DNA of 63,817 nucleotides, filler included, from Reticulomyxa filosa (Eukaryota; Protista; Foraminifera): NCBI GenBank assembly GCA_000512085.1. It is 27 parts of 27 records of this genome, joined end to end, with 100 filler letters (N's around TTAATTAATTAA, not from the genome) between each part and the next. Parts side by side here need not be neighbours in the genome. Positions count along the whole stretch, not along the records: positions 21,035 to 22,359 come from ASPP01028367.1; positions 22,460 to 24,580 come from ASPP01005617.1; positions 24,681 to 26,123 come from ASPP01001201.1; positions 26,224 to 29,493 come from ASPP01027075.1; positions 29,594 to 31,478 come from ASPP01020994.1; positions 31,579 to 34,492 come from ASPP01026141.1; positions 34,593 to 37,618 come from ASPP01042810.1; 20 more parts are not named here. The stretch is one strand, 5' to 3'. The translations under genes and the position numbers were made by a program. Within the stretch, counting starts at the first letter, position 1, and each line of letters opens with the position of its first letter. Positions 22,022 to 36,353 of this stretch are shown in pieces. The notes beneath the pieces were generated by a model. The model made no database searches, was not told where the DNA came from, and saw only the letters and a list, made by a program, of their open reading frames with translations.

Positions 22022-23352
22022 TTTATCTTTGATTAGTCTTTGTTATTGTAAAAAATATTCAAAAGTAAATCCGTTGTTATTTTTATTTTACTTATTTTTC
22101 CTTTTTCAGCTTTATATGGTAATAACAAAAAAATCAATTCTATTTAATTTATTAATCTCACCAAACAAGAACAAATAATTTTTAATATTTCAAACCGAAT
22201 TACATTTTTAATGTAAATTACGTACAAGTTAAAAAAATATATAATTGAAACAGACATAATTAATAACAACAACAAAAATTACACTAGCAAATTTTAATTT
22301 AATTCATGTTTTGGTAATGCGATAGCATTCTTGTAAGTTTTGCGACTTTTCCTGGATATNNNNNNNNNNNNNNNNNNNNNNNNNNNNNNNNNNNNNNNNN
22401 NNNTTAATTAATTAANNNNNNNNNNNNNNNNNNNNNNNNNNNNNNNNNNNNNNNNNNNNTTTTTTTTTGAAGAAGGTAAAAAAAAAAAAAAGTGACCCAT
22501 CTTAGTTTGAGAGACGTCTTTTTTTTTGTAATATTCATTTTCAAGGAGTCTTTCTTTTTTTTTTTTGCAAACTGATAACAAATCATCCAATTCAATAGGC
22601 ATTGTCACTCGTTGTCGATTGGATACTTGTTGCTATGTTTTTTATTGTTTTTGTTTCGGTTTTTTTGTGTTGCTGGCAACGCCATTTTTATTCTTTTGTC
22701 AATGCGACAAAAGTCTCATTTCAAAATTACCATCAAATCCACATATTTTAAGTGCTTTTTTTCTTTGAATTTTTGTAGGAATAATTTGCAGTACTCTATT
22801 TCATTTGTTTTGTGCTTAGCAGTCTGTGCCTCCTTTTGCGTCAAAAGACGAGTGGTTACCTTTATGTTGATCAAGATCAGGACGCTTATGGGTAGCCATG
22901 GCCATTTAAGAGCGAGTTGCAACTATGAGCACGAATGGAAAAAATAAAAGAGGAGAGATTAAAGCTCCTTTTCAAATCAGACTGCCTTTTGTAGCGCTCC
23001 TTTACGGAAGCTTCTAAATCTTCGTCTTTGTTTGCATGAGAACATCTAATCTGCGTTGAAAAAAATAACTATGTCGTCCTTAAAAACTTTAACTTTTTTA
23101 AGTTTACTTTTCCCCTAAAATAATCACGATTTTTTATGGCAATAATAAGTTATCCTACAAGTAGGCGTTTTAGCTAGCAACTTTTTTACACTGTCACATA
23201 ATTCAAAAAAATTCGAGCATTGAATAATTTGTTTCTTGAAATAGGAGTAAAAGGAAATGATATTTTATCCACTAAAAATTTAAAAGAAAGGGGATCGGAA
23301 GAGCAGATAGGGGGTCAATAATTAATTTTTCATACATATTGGTTAAAAAAAC

Positions 23353-24580
23353 ATGTCTAATAGAAGAGCAGACGATTCTTTAGCTTCAGGTGGAGGAAAG
23401 CAGGCAGCACTTTCAGAAGTGCTAGGTGGTGAAGTACGAGAGAAGCGTTTACCGCGACGAGCTCGTGATGTTCAAAACAAGGCCGCTGCGCCACAGCAAA
23501 TAACAGCCGAGCAAATATTACGCGAGGCACAAGAGATGCAATTTGAGAAGGAAGTGGCACCTCCTCGACAGCAAATAACAGACACCGAAGAATTGAAATT
23601 ATATAAACTGCGCAAAAGAAAAGAATTTGAGAATATTTTAAGAAGACAACGAATGAGTGTGGGAGTATGGTTGAAATATGCACAATGGGAAGAAAGACAA
23701 AAAGAATTTGAGCGTTGTCGAAGCATTATGGAAAGATTGTTATGTATTGATCATCGTAATCATACGATTTGGATAAAATATGCTGAAATGGAAATGCGAA
23801 ATAAATTTATTAATCGCGCAAGAAATGTATGGGATAGAGCAGTACAATTATTGCCAAGAGTGGATCAATTGTGGTATAAATACGCTTTAATGGAAGAGCA
23901 ATTGCGAAATTTCGAAGGTTATTATTTTTGTGTAAGTATTATTATTATTATTATTATTTATTTGTTTTTATTATTTATTTTTTATAAAAAAATAATCTTT
24001 AAAAAGGGGCTAGAGGTATCTTTGAACGTTGGATGAAATTCAATCCTGGAGAAAAAGCATGGACATCTTATATACATTTGGAAATGCGAAGTGCAGGGAG
24101 TAAAGCGGATAAAATAATTCGTTGTCGAAAAATTTATGAAAGATTTGTAAAAGCTCAACCAAAATTAGATAGCTATATAAATTATGCACAATGGGAATTA
24201 AAACATGGAAATATAAATGAAAGTAGACATGTATATGAACGAGCAATGAATGAAATAGATAATGAAGAATTGACATACGAATTTTATAAAGAATTTGCAC
24301 AATTAGAAATTAGTGCAAAGGAATATGAACGTGCAAGAGTGATTTATAAATATGGTATTGATAATATTCCTAAATATAAAGCATATGAATTATTTCAAGA
24401 ATATATTAAATTTGAAAAACAATTTGGAGAAAAGAGTTCAATTGATCAAGTTATCTTTAATAAAAAAAGATTTGAATATGAAAATTTGTTACAAGAAAAT
24501 CCACATAATTATGATATTTGGTTTGATTATTTAAAAATGGAAGAAGAACATATTATTACAAATACAAATGCAAATATGAA
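23353..24580 (+). CDS. CRNKL1: Crooked neck / Clf1 / Syf3 splicing factor (HAT repeats); 3' partial
   Basis: VQNKAAAPQQITAEQILREA, RKRKEFE, WLKYAQWEE, ARNVWDRAVQLLPRVDQLWYKY and NPHNYDIWFDY. Intron at about 23918-24006. Confidence 0.96.
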
Positions 24581-25339
24581 NNNNNNNNNNNNNNNNNNNN
24601 NNNNNNNNNNNNNNNNNNNNNNNNTTAATTAATTAANNNNNNNNNNNNNNNNNNNNNNNNNNNNNNNNNNNNNNNNNNNNACCATGGTTAATTCACTACA
24701 GCTAAAAGCTGTTGGACGTGTTTTTGCTTTCGCTCGGAGGCTAGCCTCCGCCGAAAGTTTGCTTTTTTTATAACTTTTTGAAAAAGTTTTGAAAAGTTTT
24801 GGTAATGTCGGCCATTTTCCATGGGCATGTGTTTATACATGTTGTCCTTCCCTTTTAGGCGTTGGCTTTGTTTTTTTTTCCATACAAAAAAAATACTTTC
24901 AAACTAGTTGAAAACTTACAAGAAACAATGTCAAACAAAAGTGAGCAACTTTTCTATTAAATAAGCGAAATGACAATAGCAACAACATTCACATGCTTTT
25001 CTTTAATAATAAGTGTTTAATTTTATTTTGTTTTAGTTTGCTTTAATTTGTTAAAAGGGTGAATTGAATCTCAATATTTCCCTGAGGCTTCAACACTTTG
25101 AAAACAAGGCTCAGAGGATTCAGTTGAGTATTAGCATTGCTCATGTAATTCCCCTGACCATTCCACAGGGAATAGCCAAATTTGTTTTCGCAACCGTTGA
25201 TTGATCTCGCCATACAACCTTTGAGATTTATTTGGTTTTTTTTGATATTTAAAACTTAATTTTTTTTTTCACTTGTTGTTGATATGTTTTGTTGTTTTCA
25301 TTAGAGCACTGTGTTCCTTTTGGGACGAAGTGCTCATTT

Positions 25340-26123
25340 TAACTTGGAAAAGATCTCATTCTTGCAAAAAAAAAAAATATCTCGAAAAGAAGAAATTTGT
25401 AGAGAAAAAGGAACAAGTGAAAATAAATTTAAGCAAAAATCCAAAAGACTTCAAAGAAAATTACAAAGACGCTGCAAAACCAAAGAACAAAAATCAAGTA
25501 AATGAACAAGTGAAGCACACATAATAAAGATCAATCGGATCAAATTTCATTATTACAAGCAACAGTTCAACAATAATCCAAGCATTAAATAAACAAATGG
25601 ACCAAGAATAATAATACAGATATGTAAGATGATTATTTTCCAAAATACCATCAACAGCTTTTATTCAAAAGTCCAACTGCTGGAGCACGCAATTCAACCA
25701 CATATTTGTCTCCTTCAGGAATGCTTCCGATCGAAGACATAAGGGAGAACGGGTATCTTATGTCGAGATCTCCATTCAACTCAAAATCAAACAAGACAAA
25801 TTCCAAACATCAGGTTATAATGTGTTGGATTGAAATTAACATTCCTGCAGTTTTTATAGAAATATTCAAAAAATCGCTGCAAAATATCATTAAGAAGAAG
25901 ACGGAATTGACCTTATTCCTAACAGATGTTATTGCAATTTGTGGAGATTGGAACGCATATCATTCTGCATGATTTGATAAAAATACTGACTATAATGGAT
26001 TTTATCAATTTACAAATAATGAACTTATGAAAAAGATGGAAAGAAATCATCAATTGGCATTATATCAATTTCGAGATGGTGTAGCAATTGGAGGACAGAT
26101 AATGATGGGCTGGATGTGCATTC
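25340..26123 (+). mobile_element. Decayed non-LTR retrotransposon, APE endonuclease region
   Basis: VIAICGDWNAYHSA(*) matches the APE 'GDFNAH' motif; frames are broken. Confidence 0.5.
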
Positions 26124-28602
26124 NNNNNNNNNNNNNNNNNNNNNNNNNNNNNNNNNNNNNNNNNNNNTTAATTAATTAANNNNNNNNNNNNNNNNNNNNN
26201 NNNNNNNNNNNNNNNNNNNNNNNGTCATATTTATCGCAAGTATTTGGCACTTGCATCACATTTTTTTATTAAAAAATTTCTTTTTGTGTGAATCGAATTG
26301 TGGTTTGTTTGTGCATTTTTTTTATAATAATTTCAACGCCCGATGTCCAGTTCACCTGATATCTTTCTAGTCCAATAGACTGATTTTGCTCTATTCTATT
26401 GTTAGAGTTGGTGCCAAAAGAAAAACAATAACATATATAGTTCAATTCATATCAAGTGTTCCAAAAGAGCCACACATAAGCGTCGACTGTGCAAAATAGA
26501 AATTGATTATTGCCACTATCACTGGCAAAAGACTTCGGGTACTGTCTTCTTGCCGTCATGTAGGAGTATGTGGCAAGAAGAATACGTGTAACGAAAGGAA
26601 CAAGATGATAAAGATAATGGCAAGAAAAAGAAAATGATGAGGAAGTATATCCTGAATCCAATGATAACAAAAATGGCAGTAATATTGACGATTTGAAGTT
26701 GGAAAGTTCTTTGGACATGAACACGAACAAAAGGACTATGAAAACCCAAAAAAGAGCAGAAAAAGAAAATTATGAAAATATGAATAGTAAATAAACAAGG
26801 GAAAAAAAGCAAAAATGGCTAAAAAGTACAGAAATAAGAAAACAGTTAAAAAAAAAGAAACGAATGAAATGACGAAAAAGATAAGAATGAATATTGTAAC
26901 AATGACTGATATTTATTTTCGCATTTTAAAGAAGATGCTAGAGTATTCTATTTTAAGTTCTTGTGATTGAAAAATAAGGAAAAAAGAATCAAAAGCATGA
27001 TGAAAGTGGTAATGTCATTAATCTGTATCGTGATCAGATTATATTCAAATGTATGCATCAAACTATATTTCGATTACAGTAGTTTGCAGGGAAAAAATAG
27101 CGCAATAACAATAGCTTTTTTTTTCTAACAAATATTTCATAGTTGATGCTGTCTAAAAAAAAAAAGATAACAATGATTGAAATCAGGCTGTTTCTTGATA
27201 CTCACAAACAAACAGGCACAATTTAAGCTTACTCATAGTTTTGTTTGACAACTGATTGTAATTGTGCAAGAGAGAGTAAAATATTACAGGCATTTGACAG
27301 TGAGAAGTTATTTACTTTTTGGTGGTTGGGTGCCAAATTCTAATAAATAGGTGTATTGAGCATGAGAATTGTTTCTGTTCCAATTATATTGATATGCGTT
27401 TATAGCGGGAGCCAAACAATAATATTTCAATTTGCAAATCCCAATGTTTGGGAACTTCGTTTCGACAATAAAGTTTGTCACCCACCACTTCTAATCCAAG
27501 TACTGCGATTGCAAGTGTATTTGATGTATTCTTGACGTTTCCATGTCACAATTAATATAAGAGAATACATGTTTTCCTCCATATTGTGGTAATTGATGGA
27601 GCAGCTCATCGACTCTTTTTTTATTTCCTTTAAAGGCTTTAACACATGCAATGCGATGATTATTGATATATTTCACCATTAATCCGCTCACTTGACTGTC
27701 CATAGATAGATTAATCCTGGTGTCATTGTGAGACTGAATGCACTCATGCGCGGAGGCAACATTTGCTTCTGCTGCTCTAAAACGCCAATGCATTGTTTTG
27801 GATATACTTGTGCAAATCTGGAACCATTTTCAAAAGTATGTTCATTTGTTATTGTTTTCAGACAAATGCACAATCATCCTCTGAGGTGTATTTACCACCA
27901 CTATTTCTTCGTATTCACACATAATCAATTCTTCCCCGTGGTCAATACATTTTTCAGAGGCACTCGTATCCATCAGCTTTTTTTACTAACAAATAAACAA
28001 GGCATACTCAGGAATATGGACCAAAGGGCGTGTTCCAGTTGTCAACAACTCACTCCATATTTCTCTTGATTTTCCATTGCCGTCTATCTGGATCATTCGT
28101 TTTTGTGTGTCGGGAGTGCTGCTCTTTTTTTTAGTTTCCCCCCTCCACAGTGGCCATAGACTACGTCAAATGCGGTCGACGACATAGTAGTGTTCACATG
28201 GGTCGGTATACGTGACTCGATGTGGTCTGACACTCGAACTTTGAAATGAGATTTGAGTTCAAATAAATTATATTCACTTATCCAACGCAAGTAATACTGA
28301 AAATTCTTGGTTTTGTACATTGTGCTGGTCTTTTTCACATGTTGGTCATTCCCAAGCAAGACAAAAGATTTATACGTGTTGTTATGTAAAATGGTTGCAC
28401 TCGAATTCTTAATTTACAGCCACTAGGAGAAAAAGCTAGGAGATTTTTTTGAGTTAATGGCACTAAACGTGCTAAAATGTTATCGACAAGGAAATTTCAA
28501 ACATCTTTTGTGTATAACTTATTTTACAACAATAAAAAACACAACATGACGAAAAATTTTTTAAGACTTTGGACTCCTCCAAAATCTTTTCCCGTGACTT
28601 TG

Positions 28603-28848
28603 TCAACCGGGACAAACCAAACAATATCCTTCCAAAGCATCAAAGTACTTCACACACGTTGCTGTTGTGTCCATTTGGATCCCACCTGTCATTTCTTGAT
28701 GCGAAAACTTGACTTTGCCAATAAACATCACTTTTCCTTTGTGCTCGTCACTTGTGGTCACATAACCTTTCTCTTCAAAGTACGTGCCCAAATTGGCCAC
28801 GTCAAAGTTTTCAAAGGCCATAGATCCTTGCTTCAAAATATGGTCCAT
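28603..28848 (-). pseudogene. Degenerate CAP-Gly domain within a broken gene
   Basis: KGKVMFIGKVKFSHQEMTGGIQMD...KYFDALEGYCL resembles CAP-Gly but lacks GKNDG. The surrounding 27300-29400 frames are disrupted. Confidence 0.4.
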
Positions 28849-29593
28849 AAAATACCAAACATTTCATTGTCATCGACCTTTAGACGTTTCAGCAATTCGC
28901 GTTGAAATGGTGTCTGATACAATCCATTCTTCGCCGAATGCAACAGAACGTGATATCCTTCTTGAGGCATTTTTTTTTTTTACTTCCTCCCGCTTCTTCT
29001 TTTGAACAATAACTCTACATCGGATTTGAACGACAGCACTTGCAACGCCTGACTGTAATCGAGTGAACCAAGCCCCTGTCTATTTTGGTTTGAAACAGGG
29101 TCTGTCCATGGAATGTTCCGTCGTTGGCATTGTGATCCCACGTATCCATCATGGCCTTGAGCCGAGTGGTTTATCTAACTTGATTCCAATGCTTTCATAT
29201 ATGTATATGTACATATATATATATATATATATGTACATATATATATATTTTTTTTTTATGTGATTTGTTCATTTGAATAAGCAAAATAAAATGATAAATG
29301 ATAAATGATAAATGATTATTAAAATAAACCTGTTCGTCCTTGTAGCTATTTCAACACGATAATATTGTCCATCACCGATACGTGCAAAAATAGCCGTGTC
29401 CCAGCTTACATTCAAAGTATCTTTTTTTTTTTTTTTTCATTCAGTCATCAAATAAGATTGTCTTGTCAATACACCCAAATTTGGAACGCTTAANNNNNNN
29501 NNNNNNNNNNNNNNNNNNNNNNNNNNNNNNNNNNNNNTTAATTAATTAANNNNNNNNNNNNNNNNNNNNNNNNNNNNNNNNNNNNNNNNNNNN

Positions 29594-29628
<35 letters not shown>

Positions 29629-29648
29629 AAAAAAGAATTGTTTTGATA

Positions 29649-30594
29649 TTACACTTGCTTAATAGTTGTATCGCCACTTGTACTGCGCCTCGAGACAGTA
29701 TTTTTGTTTTGTTTTGCAGGAAGACCACTGCTAAACGACAAGGACATGCTGGAGGACGACTGGCCGGTGAAAACGTATTCTTGCATGAGCAAAGAGGAAT
29801 GTGAGGAGGAGGACGATGCTCCCAAAAAATTGGTGAGATGTCCACTTCCATAGGACTGCTGTTGATTGCGTTTGAAGGGCAAGGGAGCACCAGCGACCGT
29901 ATTGACAGCAGGCATAGCCATAGCACTAATGCTGGTACTAATACTCGTATTCGTACTAGTAACCGTGCCAATGGTGGCTGCAGACTCACTGTCATTGCTA
30001 TTGGCCGAATCCAAAATGGTAGGCTGATGCGGGACATTCAAACGACGCACGTCAATGCTGCAAGGATCCGGTGCCGTCGCCGCCACTCCACTGGTGGCAT
30101 TTGCACAGGAAGCGTCTTGGACGAGTGCGTGCAATTTGGGAATGGACGACAAGGAAGACATGGAAGTAGGTTTGAGGACGGAGTAATTGGAACTGTGAGA
30201 TCGTCGGGAGATCGAGGCAGGACTAGCTTGTCCGCTTTTTCTGCGATGCGCCCCTCCAATCTCTTCCTCGTCCCCATCCTCCACGTCCACGCTATCACTT
30301 ACCTTGTGCTCCATCGAGTCGCTCTGATGGAACGTCTTGTGTCGCTTCGCGTCGTTTGGTACTTCCACCAAGTCGTGCTCTTCGTCTTCCTTCACCACCT
30401 GGATCGCCGACGATGGGTACTCCTTCTCGTACTCCGAAGGCAACGTCGGCAGCAGTTTCAATGGCCCCATGCGTGTGCCATTCGTTACTGAAGTAACAGA
30501 CCTTTGTATCACTTTGCTATTGCCATTAATATTAGTATTATTATTAATATTACTATTGCTATTAATGTTAATATTGCTATTAATATTACTGCTA

Positions 30595-30640
<46 letters not shown>

Positions 30641-31440
30641 CATTCTTATTATTACTATTACCTTTATCCTTGTCTTTATTCTTTTGCTTCTCGTCATCGA
30701 CACTTGTACTTGTCTTGTTCCGCGGGGAAGAAGCCACGGCAACTGTGCTTTCCGTCTTGCTTCCGGCCTTTGCTGTAGTCTTGGCTGTCTTGGACGTTGG
30801 AATCGGTGTTGCTGCTGTTGGCACCGATTTCTGCTTGCCCTTTGGGGTTTGGAAGTTGTTGCGACTCTTGGCTAACAAGTCACTGCCGAATTGAAAGCTA
30901 TATTTCGAGTTGCCCTTTGGTGTGCTCATCTTTGTTTCCTCCTCGTCTTCATTGTCATTGTCATTGTCATTGTCATTGTCATTATCATTATCATTGTTAT
31001 TATTATTGTTGTTGCTATTATTGTCGTCGTCGTCGTCGTCGTCGTCGTCGGCAGTACACAAAATGTCCTGCTCGATCTCACTGGTACTGAGTATCAAGTC
31101 GATTTCAATTCGCGGGATACTCTTCATCTTCCAATCCTTGGCCTCGTGGTGCTTTGCTTTTTTCGATGTCGTCTCCGTCGTTCGATGGAGGCTCACGCTC
31201 TCGTCTCCACCGCCACCGATGATCATTGTCGGCTGTGACGACACTGGTGTCAATGCGTTCTTTTTGCCCCCACTCACGTCGCTGTGGTATTCACTAAAGC
31301 TATTGGTCAATTGCAAGTCTTCGCCAAAATTTATTCGGAATTTGCTTTTATTGTTTTTATTCTTCTTATTATTCTTATTGTTCTTGTTATTGGCTTTTGT
31401 TGTTGCTGTTGTTATTGTTGTGCTTGCATTTTTTTTTTTC

Positions 31441-31478
<38 letters not shown>
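29649..31478 (-). CDS. Large low-complexity (N/D/S-rich) exon of an unidentified protein
   Basis: Open frame of more than 555 codons with poly-N, DN and poly-D tracts. Confidence 0.7.
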
Positions 31479-31578
31479 NNNNNNNNNNNNNNNNNNNNNN
31501 NNNNNNNNNNNNNNNNNNNNNNTTAATTAATTAANNNNNNNNNNNNNNNNNNNNNNNNNNNNNNNNNNNNNNNNNNNN

Positions 31579-31729
31579 GGCTTTCACGTTTTGGATGGTG
31601 TCGTTGGGTTCCACATCCAACGTGATGGTTTTTCCCAGTTAAGGTTTTCATAAAGCTGTTTAAACAAACAAATCATTTAAATATAAGTAAATAAATCAAA
31701 CAAAATTAAACATACATTTGCATCGCCAT
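31579..31729 (-). pseudogene. Ubiquitin 5' end (pseudogene or homopolymer error)
   Basis: ATG GCG ATG CAA AT|gtatg...cag|C TTT ATG AAA ACC TTA ACT GGG gives MAMQIFMKTLTGK. An extra A in the run at 31629-31633 precedes TITLDVEPNDTIQNVKA. Confidence 0.85.
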
Positions 31730-34592
31730 CTTGTCTCTTTTGATTCAAATTTAATTTATTGAAAAATCAAAGCTCCAATCTGATATTTCAAATGTCAATT
31801 CCGGTTTTTTAGCAGGGATTATGACGTGAACGTACTTTGAATAAGCTTATTTATTCATTTTTGTAAGTTTGCACTGTTTGACATTAATATAACAATTTTT
31901 TACACTTTACTGTTAAACGTGTTCCTGCTAGTTTATATTTATTTGGAGTTTGTGAAAGAATAGGCTTGAGCAATTGTACATTAAGGAACTTAGCAAAACA
32001 AAAAAATCAATTCCTTGAAATAGGTGGTCATTTTGTAGAATCAAGTTTGTTGCCTGATCAACAAAAATTATTACAATAAAATGAACACTTCCAGTTGAAA
32101 TTGACCAAAATATATATGTTGATTGTGGAAGTTGCGAAAGAATATATCGTAAACATTTAAATGTCACTTTGATTGAAAATAGTTGAATTACAACTGTTTC
32201 TTTATTTAAAGAATACAAACAAGATAAATGTCAATTTACAAAGACAAATAATAAAATATTATTTAGACATTTTAATACTTTTTTTTGAATAATTTTTTAA
32301 AAACTCTAGTCGACTCTAAAAAAAAGTTGTTTCACGAGTCTTTTTTTTGGTCAAACATTCAAACAGTATATAATAGGAAAAATCGATTTTCCTCTTGACC
32401 GTATATGTATTATTTCTTGGATGCAACAAGAAAAGATGATTTTCAAAAATTGTTTTTTTGTGTCTATTTCATGTTCTTTTTGTCATGGTTCTTTGTATTT
32501 GATAAAATGAATGCTTAATCTTATTACTTTCCAACATACAAAAATAACAATTCTGAAGTGCAAAGTATTGTCGAAAGATATTGTGAATAACAATTGAGCA
32601 ACATCAATGCAATTTTATCCTTTTGTATCATGTTTGTTTCATAAAAAAAAACAACTACTTTTTTGGAGTCAATCCAATTATTAGAGTTTTTTTAGAGGAG
32701 AAATAAGTCATATGTGATTACACAATTTTTTTTATTTTATAACCAGAACCAGGAGATTCTACTGATATCTTGTACAGTATGAAATTGCATCCATTTAATT
32801 AACCATTGTAATATTTTTCTTCTACATTAGCAATATGAAATACATATTCTAATAAACTATCAAATAAAAATTTATCATTAAAGAACATATTAAAATATTT
32901 AAATGCATTCTTCCATTTCTGCGAGCATACGCATAATATCACCATTAATTTTTTAACCAATATCATTTTTGTCTTTGTCATAATTTTTATGTTCGTCAAC
33001 TAATTTAAATAATTCAGGCATCACGGAAAGTATAATAGATGAGTAATGATTATTGGTTGAGAATTTGTAGTAGTATTTGTTGTTGTTATGCATTACCATT
33101 TGTATTTACTGTTACAGTCACATTTTCACCTTGATCTCTCAATCTGTTGACATGTTCCTGTAAGTATTGATACTACTTCTTTTTACATCAATAAAATCAA
33201 ATATCAATACGATTATTTTGTATTGTTCTTTGTACAATTAAAGTACCTTTATGAACACGAATACCTAATGCAGTTAATCTTCTCATTTCTTTAAATAAAG
33301 TGACCCTGCACAAAAAATAAAAGATCCAGTATCAAATTGTTCTATAATATGCTTAGGATCTAATTTAGTAGCAAATCGTGCAATTAATTGTGCTAATTAT
33401 TGTCTTATATTATATCTTTCTTGCCATTTTTCACATATACGAAACATTTCCCCAGGATCACTAGACTGTCCTATGTTAGAACGTAATTGTTTTTCTACTT
33501 CTTCTATGTAATTATTATAATGATCTACACATTGTTTCTATTTGTGAATCTAATTGCATTTTCCTTTCTTTCCATCTTTCACTATGCTCTTTTTTTTCTT
33601 TATTCGCTCTTCCTTATAATTCTTTACCTTTTCATCTTTTTCATCTTTCTCTCAATGCTATCTTTTTTCTATATCGTGTATCGCTTGCGCCTCTTTTTCT
33701 GCTCTTTTTTTTTCCCTTCTTTTATTTGTGTTCATTTCCTTCTCTTTTTCCTTGTCCTTGTTCTTGTGCGAATCGATCCGGAAGATGTATTGACTCCTCC
33801 AACTCTTCCTCCTCCTTTTTCTCCCGTGGCAGTGACAAATCCATCGGTGGATGAAGTCGTCAACGATGCTTTTGATTGGCCTCTTTGAGAGGTCGGGATC
33901 GAAGCATCATTAGCATAGGCGAGTCAGTCACTACAGAATATAGCTCAATTGTTGACTCGTCTACTTTCATATTTTGCGCCGACAGCACACGTCTTTTGTA
34001 TTTCCATTTCGCTCAAATTTAATCTTTTCGACATCACAAATCAACGGCTTGAGTTTGGACAAATGCAACAGCTGTTCTGCTTCTTCCAAAGACCTGTTCT
34101 TTTAAAATGGCATAGTGATGACGCTCTCGTTTGTGTACGAAAAGGTGGAGAAGGTTGTGGTGGAAATGAGTTTAAATCCAATAAGGTGGTAGCTTGGTTT
34201 GATGATGACTGTTGTGTTGAGACACCCTTCTTTGGGTCGTCTTCATGTCTTCCGCTCTCCACAAATCGACCCTTCAATTGAAAGGGTTTTCGTTAGAAAA
34301 TTTCCGTAAACGAGTCCGTTCACTGGAACTTGTCTGTGTCTTGCCTTCGGGCGACTTTATCAACGGATAAAATGCCAACTTTTGAAAAAGTCATAAATCT
34401 TGATTTATATATTTTCACTATAACGTAAGTAAGTATTTGAGATTTTACAATGATATTGCAAATTTCATAATGATCTTTTTTTGTACACGTCANNNNNNNN
34501 NNNNNNNNNNNNNNNNNNNNNNNNNNNNNNNNNNNNTTAATTAATTAANNNNNNNNNNNNNNNNNNNNNNNNNNNNNNNNNNNNNNNNNNNN

Positions 34593-35293
34593 TCCTATTT
34601 TTATTTTTTTTCAAAATGAACATATTTTTTTTTTTTGTTAAAATCATGAATAAATAATAATACCTGATATTGTTGAATTTTTTGTTGTAATTCATCAAAT
34701 GATTTGATAACCAAATCAAAATGTAATTTCATATTTGATGTCAAATGATCATGAATCGCAGATTTTAAACATTTGTGATTGCATCCAAATGATCCAAACC
34801 AACATTTGACCATTTGTAGACAGCAAGAATGTTCCAAATGATCATTCATCTGTTTCACTTTTCCTTTGAAATCACAATTAACAATTTCAGATATTTCTCC
34901 TTCTTCATATCCTTGTTGTGTTGATATTTGTAATTGTTGCTCAAATTGTCGTGAACATATCACATCCAATTCATTAATGTATCGTTTCGCCATTCGATTT
35001 TGAAAGTATAAACAATTGTCATGAGGTCCGATTGGACAAGAATTTGGATTTTGACTAATGAATTGATTTAAGCAATTTTCTCCAACAATCAATGATTCAT
35101 CCATGTTTTTATGTTGATGACAATTGATTTCCATTGGATTGTTGGCCACTTGTTTACAAATCAAACAAATAATATCACGAATGGATTCCTGTTTGTTCAA
35201 TTGTAAAATCCAATTTTTGTCAAAGCAAGCGTGTTGTTCAGTAATTGACTTCAAATCCAGTTTCGCATTGTCTTTGCTTTTCTCTTCTTCCAT
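34593..35293 (-). CDS. RING/TRAF-type zinc-finger protein of an expanded family, copy A; 3' partial
   Basis: CLICKQVANNPMEINC..H...VGENCL...CP..H, then CDFKGKV...HLEHSC...CWF...GCNH...HL....HFDL. Confidence 0.8.
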
Positions 35294-35475
35294 CTTACTC
35301 AGTTTCTTTCTTTTTGGTTATTGGTTTTTTAACCAGATGACGTAGAGGAATTTATTCTGGAGTTTTTTTGAGCTGGGTGAAGTTTTATTGTGGCCAACTC
35401 TAATTTTTTTTCAAAATTACACCATTTATAAAAAAATTGTATTTACTATTAAAATTAAAAATTATAGCATATCCT

Positions 35476-35930
35476 AATTACTGAAATCATGTGAGAAAGA
35501 AGATCAAACATTTTTTGTTAAATACGAGGCTTTATTTGTAACTTTCACACAAAAAAAGAATGTTCTTATTCAAACAGTTTTGTTTTCTTGCTTGGTCGTT
35601 TCCTACAAAAAGGGGAAGACTTTAAAACTTTTCAATTCAAACAATTTAAAAGTTTAATTACAAAATAGGATTAAAAGTAAATGAACTTGCCAACAGTACA
35701 GCATTTGGTACTTTTTTTTTTAAGAATGAAACGAGATTGCTCCATCATTTAAGAACTGTGAAAAAGGAAAAAGAAGAACTTAGTAGTTTGTTTAGAAATG
35801 CATGTTCAGGATTATCTTGTGCACAAATGACGACATAAAAAAAATTTAAATATTTCAGATTATGCTATGAAAATCAATTACAGGAATTTTGTTGATCATT
35901 TTTTATCTTTTTTTTTTATCACTGATACTT
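35476..35930 (+). repeat. Dispersed non-coding repeat, copy 1
   Basis: Shares AATGAAACGAGATTG.TC.A.CATTTAAGAACTG and flanks with 42180-42628 (reverse) and 61180-61630. Confidence 0.85.
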
Positions 35931-36353
35931 TTAATGGTATCCAAATTAATATTGTGTTTGACACTACTTGCTGTAATATATTTCATCCAGTAATTCTTAA
36001 AAAAAAAGGAAGTATAGTTCAATTGATATGTTCTATTTGCTTTTCTGCACATACAAGTAAACATGTCAGATATCTGACAAATCAAGAAATTGAAAGTGTA
36101 TTGTATGATCTAATGACAAGTTTGTAGGGCAAGTCTCTATTATAAATATCTGAACGTCAAGGGAACGGAGGAATCCCTAGTAGATTAAACTTCCTCAACA
36201 ACTTACTTCTTACTTTCTTGTTTTTCTTTACTTTCCTTTTGTTATCTTATTTATTATTTCAATTTCTTTCGTTTTATGAAATCAATATTCTTTTCTTAGT
36301 GAACACTTCTCGTATTACAGTTAGTGTACCACTAATATCAGCAGATGTCCCAT

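Noticed and set aside
30337-31530. Plus-strand ORFs with poly-Leu/Ile/Val tracts as membrane proteins
   Set aside because: They are antisense shadows of AAT/GAC trinucleotide repeats in the minus-strand exon.
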